Assembly: GCA_001002765.1 (NCBI GenBank) | Contig: LCMS01000001.1 | Coordinates: forward strand, 4,662 to 68,661 | Direction of reading: 5' to 3' | Origin: Candidatus Uhrbacteria bacterium GW2011_GWE2_46_68 | GTDB taxonomy: Bacteria; Patescibacteriota; Patescibacteriia; UBA9934; GWF2-40-263 | Length of the DNA: 64,000 nt | Shown here: in pieces, positions 26,503 to 34,294 of the stretch | How the letters are laid out: the number at the start of each line of letters is the position of its first letter | Position numbering within the stretch: position 1 is the first letter of the stretch | Translations under genes and position numbers: made by a program | Notes under the pieces: generated by a model | Databases searched by the model: none | Told to the model about the DNA's origin: nothing | Seen by the model: only the letters and a program-made list of their open reading frames with translations

Positions 26503-29500
26503 ATGAACGATGTACTCAAAATGGGAAAGAAAGCATTTACCGTGTTCGTCGCTGCGGCCACTTTGTTGTGGACCGTCGGTGTAGTGTCTTTTGTTGCCCC
26601 TTTGGCCGCAAAAGCCGCTTCTTACGATGCCGGTGATCTCATTAAAGGTGAAACCTTCTCAACCGTTTATTACTACGGAACAGATGGTCTTCGCTACTCT
26701 TTCCCAAACGAAAAGACGTATTTTACTTGGTATACTGATTTCGACGATGTCGTTACCATTTCCGATGAGGATTTGGGTGACATTTCCCTTGGCGGCAACA
26801 TTGTGTACCGCCCGGGATCCCGCTGGATCAAGGTAGATAATATGGCCGAAGTCTATGCAGTTTCCACTGATGGAACCATCCATTGGATCGAAGATGCCGA
26901 TGTGGCCGAAGACCTTGCTGGCGCAAATTGGAACCAATTTATCGATGACGTTCCAGATGTATTCTTCTCTGATTACGCTGCTGGTGATTCCATTGTAGAT
27001 GCCAGCGAAGGATATGATGGCATGCTTGTCGATGATGAAGGAACCACCTATCTCATCTGGGATGGCGAAAAGCGTGAAGTGTCCGATATGGATGCCAACC
27101 GTTTTAACAGCGATTATGTGCTCGATGGCGATGGTGTCGATCTCGACAGCATGACCACGGGTGATGAGATTGATTCCGAACTTGATAACATGACCGATAC
27201 CGCCCAGGTGGTAGATGAGGAAACCTATACCGAAACCACCGAAGTGACCGTGAGCGTAGCCGATGATTCTCCAGATTCACTCACCCTCGCTTCCGGTACG
27301 GATACAACTGTTGACGTGAATGGTTTTGCCAATCTCGTCAGCTACGAATTTGACAACCCAACCGATGAGGATTTGACCGTCACAAGTTTTGCTTTGAATC
27401 GTGGTGGTGTGTCTTCTGACACAACACTCTCAAACGTCTATCTTTTTGATGGATATGTACGTTTGACCGATTCCGCCACTCTTTCAAGCGGAAAAGTGAC
27501 TTGGAACGACACCTCCGGTCTTTTCACGATTCCAGCAGGTACCAGCGCGACCATTGATGTCTGGGGCGATATCGCCTATGCCACCTCCGGTCAAACGGTG
27601 TACCTCAAGATTGCTTCAGCCGATGACATCACTTTTGATGGCAGCTATGAGGCAACAGGAGACTTCCCACTCCAAGGCGCAACTCACAGTATTGCGACGG
27701 TTTCAAACCTCTCATACTTTGATGTGAACGCCACGACAACTCCTTCAGCTTCATCCATTGATGCTCAAGACGATTATCGTATTTGGGAAAATACCGTAAA
27801 CATCGGTAACAATGAGATGTATCTTTATTCCATCCGTTTCCGTAATATCGGATCCATCGATGCTGATGATATCGAAAACTTCCGATTGTATGTGGCCGGT
27901 GTGAATTATGGCGATGCCGTTGCAAACCAGGATGCCAATGGATACGTCACCTTCGATCTCTCCGACGACCCAGTCAAGATGAATACCGGTAACCATATCG
28001 TGAAAGTTTTGGCTGATATTATCGGTGGATCTACTCGCACAGTCTCCATGTCTTTGCGCACAGCCGCTGACGTGGTTGCTATGGACGAGGATTACGATCA
28101 AGCCACGGTTACAACCGATGGCGGCGGAACAGCTTTCGCCAACCATGATGCAGGTGCACAAACCATCAACAGTGGAACCTTGGTGATCAGCAAGTCATTG
28201 ACTTCAGCTTCTGGCAATGTCACCAATGGCGCCACCAACATGTCACTCGCAAAGTTTGACGTGAAGGCATATGGAGAAGACATGAAAGTTGAAAACCTCA
28301 ACTTCTATGTTGATGAAAGCGACAACGACACAGCATTCACCCTCCGCAATGGCGCGGTTTATGCTGACGGTGTCCAAATCGGAAGCACAGCAGCCCTCGC
28401 TTCCAATAGCGATGCCACCCTTGCTTACACAGCTTATACTTTTGGTTCATCCCTTGTGATCGAGCCGGGAGAGACTGTTGTGATCGAAGTAAAAGGTGAC
28501 ATTTATGACAGCGATGGTACCAATGATTGTGCCAATGCCGATACCTTGCAGGTCAACATGGACAACACGACTTCAAGCAACGTCTTGCGAAGAACATCCG
28601 GAAGCTACACAACCTATCCATCTGCCGATGTAGCTGCAAACACCCTCACAGTTGCCCAAGGCAGCTTGACGGTCGCAAAGAACACTTCTTATGCCGATCA
28701 GAGCACCGTTGCTCCAAAGACGGCTTATAAGCTCGGTTCTTTCACCATTGCTTCTTCAACAACCGAAGTTGTGAACATCACCCAGTTTGATGTGGATTTC
28801 ACTGATGCCGATGCTTTCGATGCCTCTGATGATTTGACCAACCTCTATATTGAGTATGGTCCAACATCTGCATACAACACGAGCTCCATCAAAGGAACCG
28901 TGACAGATTCAGATAATACCTGGTCTGTGAACTATGCCTTGGCAGCCAGCACCACCATCTATGTGAACATCTATGCCGATATCCCAACCAGTTCAACAAA
29001 TGGTGATGGCATAGCTGACACGATGCGCCCAAGCCTGACCATTACAGCCCAAGGTGCCTCCTCTGCCGCTGATGCTTCAGCCACAGTTGTGACCGGACAA
29101 ACCGTTACTTCAACAACCGGTTCTTTCACCGAGTCTGAAGATTCTATGCCAGCAGCCAAGGTGGTTGCGGCAAACCAGGAAGTTGAAGCAGCCAAGTTCC
29201 GCTTCACCGCTTCCAATGAGACCTACAACATCAAAGAGGTGACCGTCTCTGTGACAAGCGCAACCGTAGCCGGTGTGATCGGTACAGCAAACCTGTACGA
29301 CGGTTCCACCTTAATCGGTTCTGCCGCTTTTGATCAGAGCAGCAACATGCGAGCCCTCATTTATGTGACAGGTGGTCTCGAAGTGCCTTATAACACCTAC
29401 AAGACTCTCACCGTCAAACTCGATTTGAACGATGTGGGTACAGGTTCGGGTACTTCTCAACAGGACGCAGCCATTACCCTTTACTCAGTGAAGTTTGCTG

Positions 29501-30264
29501 ATTCCACCGGCGTGGAGACAACCGAAACGTCAGGAACAGAATTCTCTGGTTTGGCCGGTAACTCGGTTTACGTCTACAAGTCCATCCCAACCGTCAGCAT
29601 CGTTGATTTGACAAACAATGATTTGTCAAACGGCAATGCCCAGGATATCTACAAGTTTACCGTCGCAGCAGCCAGCAACAGCTCGATTGCTCTCAAGCAA
29701 ATCAAGCTCAATGTGACCTGGAGCGATGGCGGAACCGACGATACCCTCGAGGTTGAAACCCTCAAGTTCTACAAGAATGGCACGGATATTTCTTCCAGTG
29801 TCACCATCGTAGACGAGGACGGAAACCTTGTGTCAAGCACCAGTGGTTTGCTCGAAACCGATGGCACATGTGTCATTACCTTCAGTAGCACAGAGGACAC
29901 CATCTCCGCAGGCAGCTCGGTTACTTACACCGTCAAGGGAACCCCAACCGGTTTCCGCGTGCTCGGTGCAACCGATACAGCTCGCGACAGCGTGGCTCTC
30001 TACCTCAAGGGTGATGCATCACACAATGGAACCAGCACATATTTGAACGATGAAACCGATATTGGCGCAGGTCAGTCCGAGATTATGGAACTCCTTGACA
30101 GTGCAGCCGTCAGTTCCAGCGATGGTACTGCCGCGAACTTCATCTGGTCTGATATGAGTTCGATCTCCCACACCTACGACATCAACGCTTCGTCTTCAAG
30201 CGATTGGGCAAACGGTTACTTGGTCTTGAATCTTGATTTGGATTCAGAATCATGGGGCCGATAG
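26503..30264 (+). CDS. giant secreted surface protein (~1250 aa), S-layer/adhesin-like
   Basis: Signal peptide MGKKAFTVFVAAATLLWTVGVVSFVAPLAAKA and a T/S/D/G-rich beta-rich repetitive body; start trimmed to MNDVLKMGKK. Confidence 0.6.
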   Translation: MNDVLKMGKKAFTVFVAAATLLWTVGVVSFVAPLAAKAASYDAGDLIKGETFSTVYYYGTDGLRYSFPNEKTYFTWYTDFDDVVTISDEDLGDISLGGNIVYRPGSRWIKVDNMAEVYAVSTDGTIHWIEDADVAEDLAGANWNQFIDDVPDVFFSDYAAGDSIVDASEGYDGMLVDDEGTTYLIWDGEKREVSDMDANRFNSDYVLDGDGVDLDSMTTGDEIDSELDNMTDTAQVVDEETYTETTEVTVSVADDSPDSLTLASGTDTTVDVNGFANLVSYEFDNPTDEDLTVTSFALNRGGVSSDTTLSNVYLFDGYVRLTDSATLSSGKVTWNDTSGLFTIPAGTSATIDVWGDIAYATSGQTVYLKIASADDITFDGSYEATGDFPLQGATHSIATVSNLSYFDVNATTTPSASSIDAQDDYRIWENTVNIGNNEMYLYSIRFRNIGSIDADDIENFRLYVAGVNYGDAVANQDANGYVTFDLSDDPVKMNTGNHIVKVLADIIGGSTRTVSMSLRTAADVVAMDEDYDQATVTTDGGGTAFANHDAGAQTINSGTLVISKSLTSASGNVTNGATNMSLAKFDVKAYGEDMKVENLNFYVDESDNDTAFTLRNGAVYADGVQIGSTAALASNSDATLAYTAYTFGSSLVIEPGETVVIEVKGDIYDSDGTNDCANADTLQVNMDNTTSSNVLRRTSGSYTTYPSADVAANTLTVAQGSLTVAKNTSYADQSTVAPKTAYKLGSFTIASSTTEVVNITQFDVDFTDADAFDASDDLTNLYIEYGPTSAYNTSSIKGTVTDSDNTWSVNYALAASTTIYVNIYADIPTSSTNGDGIADTMRPSLTITAQGASSAADASATVVTGQTVTSTTGSFTESEDSMPAAKVVAANQEVEAAKFRFTASNETYNIKEVTVSVTSATVAGVIGTANLYDGSTLIGSAAFDQSSNMRALIYVTGGLEVPYNTYKTLTVKLDLNDVGTGSGTSQQDAAITLYSVKFADSTGVETTETSGTEFSGLAGNSVYVYKSIPTVSIVDLTNNDLSNGNAQDIYKFTVAAASNSSIALKQIKLNVTWSDGGTDDTLEVETLKFYKNGTDISSSVTIVDEDGNLVSSTSGLLETDGTCVITFSSTEDTISAGSSVTYTVKGTPTGFRVLGATDTARDSVALYLKGDASHNGTSTYLNDETDIGAGQSEIMELLDSAAVSSSDGTAANFIWSDMSSISHTYDINASSSSDWANGYLVLNLDLDSESWGR

Positions 30265-30275
30265 TTTGACAGATA

Positions 30276-30298
30276 GGTGCGAACAACCGTTCACACCC
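30276..30298. repeat. degenerate member of the GC palindrome family (ggtgcgaacaaccgttcacaccc)
   Basis: GAAC-N4-GTTC core with flanking complementarity. Confidence 0.5.
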
Positions 30299-30316
30299 AC
30301 GAAACACAAAAACAGG

Positions 30317-30347
30317 CTTTCGGGCCTGTTTTTGTTTGGCGATTGAT
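30317..30347 (+). terminator. Rho-independent terminator after the giant gene
   Basis: aaaacaggc-tttcgg-gcctgtttttg. Confidence 0.65.
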
Positions 30348-30405
30348 TTTTTTACTTTTTTTAGTTAACGTATGGAGGTGAAGTTAACAAAATATAGAAA
30401 AAAGT

Positions 30406-30633
30406 ATGGATATTCAAGATAAGATTTTAAGTGCGGTTCTCGATATCCAAGGAGATGTAAAAGATCTAAAAGAACGGATGGGGAAAATGGAAGATGTTCA
30501 AGGAAGGGTTTGTGACAAGTTGGACAGTTTCATGATCCTTATCAATCGTCATGAAGCAGAGATCGCAGCCGTGCGATCTAAACTTGAAAGACTGGAAGAT
30601 CGTTTGAGCCAACTAGAAACCGCCCGAGTGTAA
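30406..30633 (+). CDS. small coiled-coil protein (75 aa)
   Basis: Heptad-rich ORF; a terminator aaaccgcc ... ggcggttttattttt (30617-30650) encloses the stop codon. Confidence 0.4.
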   Translation: MDIQDKILSAVLDIQGDVKDLKERMGKMEDVQGRVCDKLDSFMILINRHEAEIAAVRSKLERLEDRLSQLETARV

Positions 30634-30854
30634 AAGGCGGTTTTATTTTTCCAATCGAGCGGCAAGAGACCTTAAAACGCGTTTTACCTTGCGTCTGCTC
30701 ATGCGAATACAAACACGACGAATGGCTTTATCAAGACTTGCATCCTCCTTTTGCCTGGCTGACCAAGAAAGTGTGAGAGGATAGTAACGAAGGGAAAGAG
30801 TAGACATAGAGTTTTTTTTGGGATTCTTTTGATCAGACGAACGGTTGTGTGTCC

Positions 30855-30884
30855 GGTAGGGGCGAAGGGCCCTTCGCCCCTACC
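30855..30884. repeat. GC palindrome variant P4 (ggtaggggcgaagggcccttcgcccctacc)
   Basis: A perfect palindrome whose centre differs from the other copies by compensatory substitutions. Confidence 0.9.
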
Positions 30885-30969
30885 GTTTGTTCCATACAGA
30901 GACAGAAAGGACATCGTGATCAAAAGAATCATTAAGAATGAAAAGACAAGAGGAGCGTAGGGAAGATGT

Positions 30970-31251
30970 ATGAAGGTTGTTGATGGAGGGGAAAGAACGA
31001 TTTTTTATAAAGAAGACCCTGAAGCCCCTCTTGTCTTGGCACATTATTGTGAAAGGACAAACAGAAACATGATTGTTTTCTCCACCTATTACTTTTACAA
31101 TATAAAAGACGTCGGATCCGCAAGGATAAGGTGTCATACAAGGACGTTGATCAATGTCTTGCCAGACATCAACGTCCTTTGGTTTTTTGGTAGGACTTAC
31201 GTGTTTGGATGCAGAACGAGGAAAAACCGAGGCTTTTTGCGAGGCGTATGA
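30970..31251 (+). CDS. hypothetical protein (93 aa). It is ambiguous with an antisense 139-aa ORF at 30880-31299 that would sit 12 bp downstream of lexA
   Basis: ggaag RBS-like sequence upstream; only one of the two overlapping ORFs can be real. Confidence 0.25.
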   Translation: MKVVDGGERTIFYKEDPEAPLVLAHYCERTNRNMIVFSTYYFYNIKDVGSARIRCHTRTLINVLPDINVLWFFGRTYVFGCRTRKNRGFLRGV

Positions 31252-31310
31252 GACATACGTTGAGTAAAAAATGCAGGTTTTGACAAAGTTATGCGCCAAA
31301 CACGTAAGTC

Positions 31311-31931
31311 CTACACTGGCCTAAACTTACGAATCACTGCACGGACAACTCCTTGAATAATGCAATCTTTAACATAAATAGGCTGCATGGTGCTATTGGC
31401 CGGCTGGAGACGAATACGATTTTGCTCGCGATAAAAACGTTTGAGTGTGGCATAGGCATTATCAAGAAGCGCCACTACGACCTCGCCATTTTTTGGTGAA
31501 GGATTACGCTCTACCACCACAAAATCTCCATCTAAGATGCCATCCTCAATCATAGACTGACCTTTGACACGCAAGACATACGAATTGGCGCCATCCACCA
31601 CAAAGGTGGTGGGGACAGCCATGGTTTCGCGATCTTCTACGGCCTCGATAGGCTCGCCGGCTGTAATGAGTCCGGATAAAGGGAGCAAAACAGCATAAGC
31701 GGTTTGGGCAGATTCGTCCTTGATAAGCTCAATGGACCGCGCCTCGCCACCTTCACCCATGGTGATCGCGTTTTTTTCAAGAAGCGCTTTGACATGTTGA
31801 TGAACCGTAGCGGGGGAGGAAAGACCAAGAGAATCCGCAATCTCCCGATAACTTGGCGCATACCCATGCTCGGAAAAATAGGTGCGAATAAAGTGCAAAA
31901 CCTCGGCTTGTTTTTTTGTGAGAGAGTTCAT
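31311..31931 (-). CDS. lexA: LexA repressor (S24 peptidase)
   Basis: N-terminal winged HTH (GYAPSYREIADSLGLSSPATVHQHVKAL), an Ala-Gly cleavage site (ITAGEP) and the serine motif GQSMIEDGILDGDFVVVE; start trimmed to MNSLTKKQ. Confidence 0.8.
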   Translation of the reverse strand: MNSLTKKQAEVLHFIRTYFSEHGYAPSYREIADSLGLSSPATVHQHVKALLEKNAITMGEGGEARSIELIKDESAQTAYAVLLPLSGLITAGEPIEAVEDRETMAVPTTFVVDGANSYVLRVKGQSMIEDGILDGDFVVVERNPSPKNGEVVVALLDNAYATLKRFYREQNRIRLQPANSTMQPIYVKDCIIQGVVRAVIRKFRPV

Positions 31932-31932
31932 A

Positions 31933-31975
31933 AGATTCAAGAATTTCCAATTTCTAATATCTAATTTCCAATGAA
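31933..31975. repeat. AT-rich repeat R1 (agaatttccaatttctaatatctaatttccaatg) immediately upstream of the lexA start
   Basis: Family member; the inverse orientation of R4 and R5. Confidence 0.75.
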
Positions 31976-31992
31976 GGAAAAAGATAGATATT

Positions 31993-32364
31993 TTAAGAAA
32001 AAGTTTGAATTGAGTAATTCGGATTATTTTTTGTTTTTTGAATGATAGCATGAAGAATAAGATGAATTTCTTTTACTTCCTGCCATAATTTCTGGATGGA
32101 TTCATTCTGTTCTGGTTGGGCAACCGATACCATCTTTAGCCAATATTTTGTTTCCTCGGCTTCCTTTTTGGCAATAAAGAATTTATGGATGAAATCTTTC
32201 CTCGAAGACGCATTATCAGCTTCACAATAGTTAGCACCTACACTTGTACCAGATTTAACAAGTTGTGAAATAAGAGGTTTTGAAATGATGTTTTGGGGAA
32301 CCTTCTTAACGAATTCTATGATATTTTTTCCAAATTCATTTGTTCGACTTTTGATGTCATACAT
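31993..32364 (-). CDS. four-helix-bundle protein (23S rRNA intervening-sequence protein family, TIGR02436-like)
   Basis: GKNIIEFVKKVP...QLVKSGTSVGANYCEADNASSRKDFIHKFFIAKKEAEETKYWL matches the family signature. Confidence 0.7.
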   Translation of the reverse strand: MYDIKSRTNEFGKNIIEFVKKVPQNIISKPLISQLVKSGTSVGANYCEADNASSRKDFIHKFFIAKKEAEETKYWLKMVSVAQPEQNESIQKLWQEVKEIHLILHAIIQKTKNNPNYSIQTFS

Positions 32365-32418
32365 AGATTTCCTTCATTATCCGACGGAGCCAGATCCGGC
32401 TTTGCCGGAGAAATTAGG

Positions 32419-32447
32419 AATTGGAAATTAGAAATTTTTGTTTTGTG
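32419..32447. repeat. AT-rich repeat R2 (agaaattaggaattggaaattagaaattt)
   Basis: Family member with a ccggctttgccgg hairpin just upstream. Confidence 0.7.
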
Positions 32448-32495
32448 TTCGTTGTTTGTTCGTATTTATAATAGAGCGAACAAAATACGAACACA
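32444..32495. promoter_or_regulatory. 19-bp inverted repeat (TGTGTTCGTTGTTTGTTCG / CGAACAAAATACGAACACA) bracketing a perfect TATAAT; a candidate operator-promoter
   Basis: Read directly. It lies about 80 bp upstream of the 4HB-lexA transcription unit on the minus strand and about 190 bp upstream of metK on the plus strand. The arms contain GTTCG/CGAAC motifs. Confidence 0.5.
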
Positions 32496-32565
32496 AGAGT
32501 CTATCTGTGGATAACATATCATCTGGAAGAAGGGGTGAAATCTTGGTACGCTTCCAGCGGATTAT

Positions 32566-32610
32566 TAAGAGAATTTCCAATTTCTAATGTCTAATTTCTA
32601 ATGTAGGCGC
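32566..32610. repeat. AT-rich repeat R3 (gagaatttccaatttctaatgtctaatttctaatg)
   Basis: About 90% identical to R1. Confidence 0.75.
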
Positions 32611-32636
32611 CTATCGGCGATATTTGAAATAAATAT

Positions 32637-32682
32637 CCCCATTCATTAGAAATTAGTAATTGGTAATTGGAAATTTTTATCT
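32637..32682. repeat. AT-rich repeat R4 (ccccattcattagaaattagtaattggtaattggaaattt)
   Basis: About 85% identical to R5 at 7811-7862. Confidence 0.8.
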
Positions 32683-32686
32683 CATT

Positions 32687-33745
32687 ATGCCCAAAGTCGT
32701 TGAATCGGTTTTAGCCGGACAGCCCGACAAAGTCTGCGATCAAATCGCAGATGCGATTGTGGATGAATATCTTCGTCGTGATCCTGACGCGTCCGTTGAC
32801 CTTCATGTTATGGGTTCTCATGGCATGATGATGATCGGGGGCGAAGTTCATTCCAAGGCCGACTTTGATCTTTCCGAACTTGCCAAACAGGTTTATCAAA
32901 AAATCGGTTATACCGATGACGTTGAAGTGTTTGTAAATATTGATCAACCTTCCTCTGAAATGCAGCTTCTGGATCGTCATCTCCCCGGTGACACCGTGGT
33001 TGTAAACGGTTACGCCACACTCGAGACAAGGGAACGTTTACCGCGAGCGCTTGTGTATGCTCATGATATGGCAAGGAGACTTGATAATCTCCGCAAAACC
33101 GATCCGGCATTTGGCTGGCTCCAACCCGACGGAAAAGTCCAGGTCATGGTGTGGAAAAGTGAAGTGAAGGCTGTAACCATTCTGGCTTCTCATGCCAAAG
33201 ACGTGGAACTCAAGACTGTACAAAGCGCGCTTTTGGATCGTGTGATTGTACCGATTGTGGGCGAAGAAGGTGTGCAGATTTTTATCAACCCCATTGGACC
33301 GTTTACTATTCACGGATTTTCCGCAGATTCAGGAGCCAGCGGCCGCAAACTTGCTGTGGATACCTATGGAGCTCTGATCCCTCATGGTGATCACACATTG
33401 TCTGGCAAAGATCCCATGAAGGCCGAGCGCGCGGGGACCTATATGGCACGTTATGTGGCACGTTGGCTTGTAGAGCGGGAACTCGCGGAAAGTGCCTTGG
33501 TGACGATCGCCTACACTATGGGGCGATCCGAACCTTTGCTTATCAAAGCTCAAGGAACGGCGACAAAATCTCGCGGAGTCAGGATGGATCTTTCCAATGT
33601 GATCAAACGTGAATTTGATTTTCGACCCGAGGCCATTGTGGATCGTCTCGAACTCAAACAGCCTATTTATGAGCAAACGGCTGTGTACGGACATTTTGGA
33701 AGAACCGGATTTCCTTGGGAAAAGAAAATCGAAAAAACAGGGTGA
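32687..33745 (+). CDS. metK: S-adenosylmethionine synthetase
   Basis: ESVLAGQPDKVCDQIADAIVDEY (compare GHPDK) and HGDHTLSGKDPMKAERAGTYMARYVARWLV (compare [26 protein letters not shown]). Confidence 0.8.
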   Translation: MPKVVESVLAGQPDKVCDQIADAIVDEYLRRDPDASVDLHVMGSHGMMMIGGEVHSKADFDLSELAKQVYQKIGYTDDVEVFVNIDQPSSEMQLLDRHLPGDTVVVNGYATLETRERLPRALVYAHDMARRLDNLRKTDPAFGWLQPDGKVQVMVWKSEVKAVTILASHAKDVELKTVQSALLDRVIVPIVGEEGVQIFINPIGPFTIHGFSADSGASGRKLAVDTYGALIPHGDHTLSGKDPMKAERAGTYMARYVARWLVERELAESALVTIAYTMGRSEPLLIKAQGTATKSRGVRMDLSNVIKREFDFRPEAIVDRLELKQPIYEQTAVYGHFGRTGFPWEKKIEKTG

Positions 33746-33758
33746 TTCCCTGTTTTTA
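33733..33758 (+). terminator. Rho-independent terminator for metK (aaaaaacagggtgattccctgttttt)
   Basis: The stop codon lies in the loop. A near-identical copy occurs at 34221. Confidence 0.7.
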
Positions 33759-33969
33759 AGGGGGTTTCACCCCCTTGCCCCCTCTCCGCTTTTCTTTGGC
33801 CTGCAAAGAAAAGCGGAAGAAAAGAAACAGGCCGCCCGCCTGCGCTCGCCAGGCCACCTTTGGCACCGCGAGCCTTGGCTGTGGAACGTCGCTTGCCTCC
33901 TGCGGCTGACAGAAAAATGTAACGGTCAGCCTTGGAGGCTTCGCTCAAACAATCCTCGCCACAACAAGC

Positions 33970-34154
33970 CTATAGTTATCACATCATGAAACAGGATTTA
34001 TTCATCCGCAATGATGGCGGTCTGCTTGTCCTTCGCACAGAAAAATCCTCAATGTATCTACGGATACATCTGCGGTTTTCCTGTGCTGCAGGACGGCGCA
34101 TCCCATCCATCCTTGCGGCGTCTAAAGTCCCGTTTCATGATGTGATAACTATAG
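33970..34154. mobile_element. MITE-like element (185 bp) with 23-bp perfect terminal inverted repeats CTATAGTTATCACATCATGAAAC
   Basis: Read directly. The interior is GC-rich and hairpin-rich, and no gene-like ORF is present. Confidence 0.45.
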
Positions 34155-34220
34155 CTTGTTGTCGGCTCACTTGTGCCAAGGTGGCTCTGACGTGCTCGGA
34201 GGGCGGGATAAAGATCAGAT

Positions 34221-34269
34221 AAAAACAGGGTGATGCCCTGTTTTTTTGTATGTAGGGGTGAACGGCCGC
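34221..34269. terminator. bidirectional terminator (aaaaacagggtgatgccctgttttttt) plus a degenerate GC palindrome P5 (gtaggggtgaacggccgctcacccctta)
   Basis: The hairpin with T-runs on both strands serves the convergent minus-strand RNase J-like gene. Confidence 0.65.
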
Positions 34270-34294
34270 TCACCCCTTATATGACCTATAAGAC

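Noticed and set aside
32480-32686. Possible SAM riboswitch in the ~200-nt metK leader
   Set aside because: No S-box, SAM-II or SAM-V consensus elements are recognisable. The leader is dominated by the AT-rich repeats R3 and R4 and one simple hairpin.
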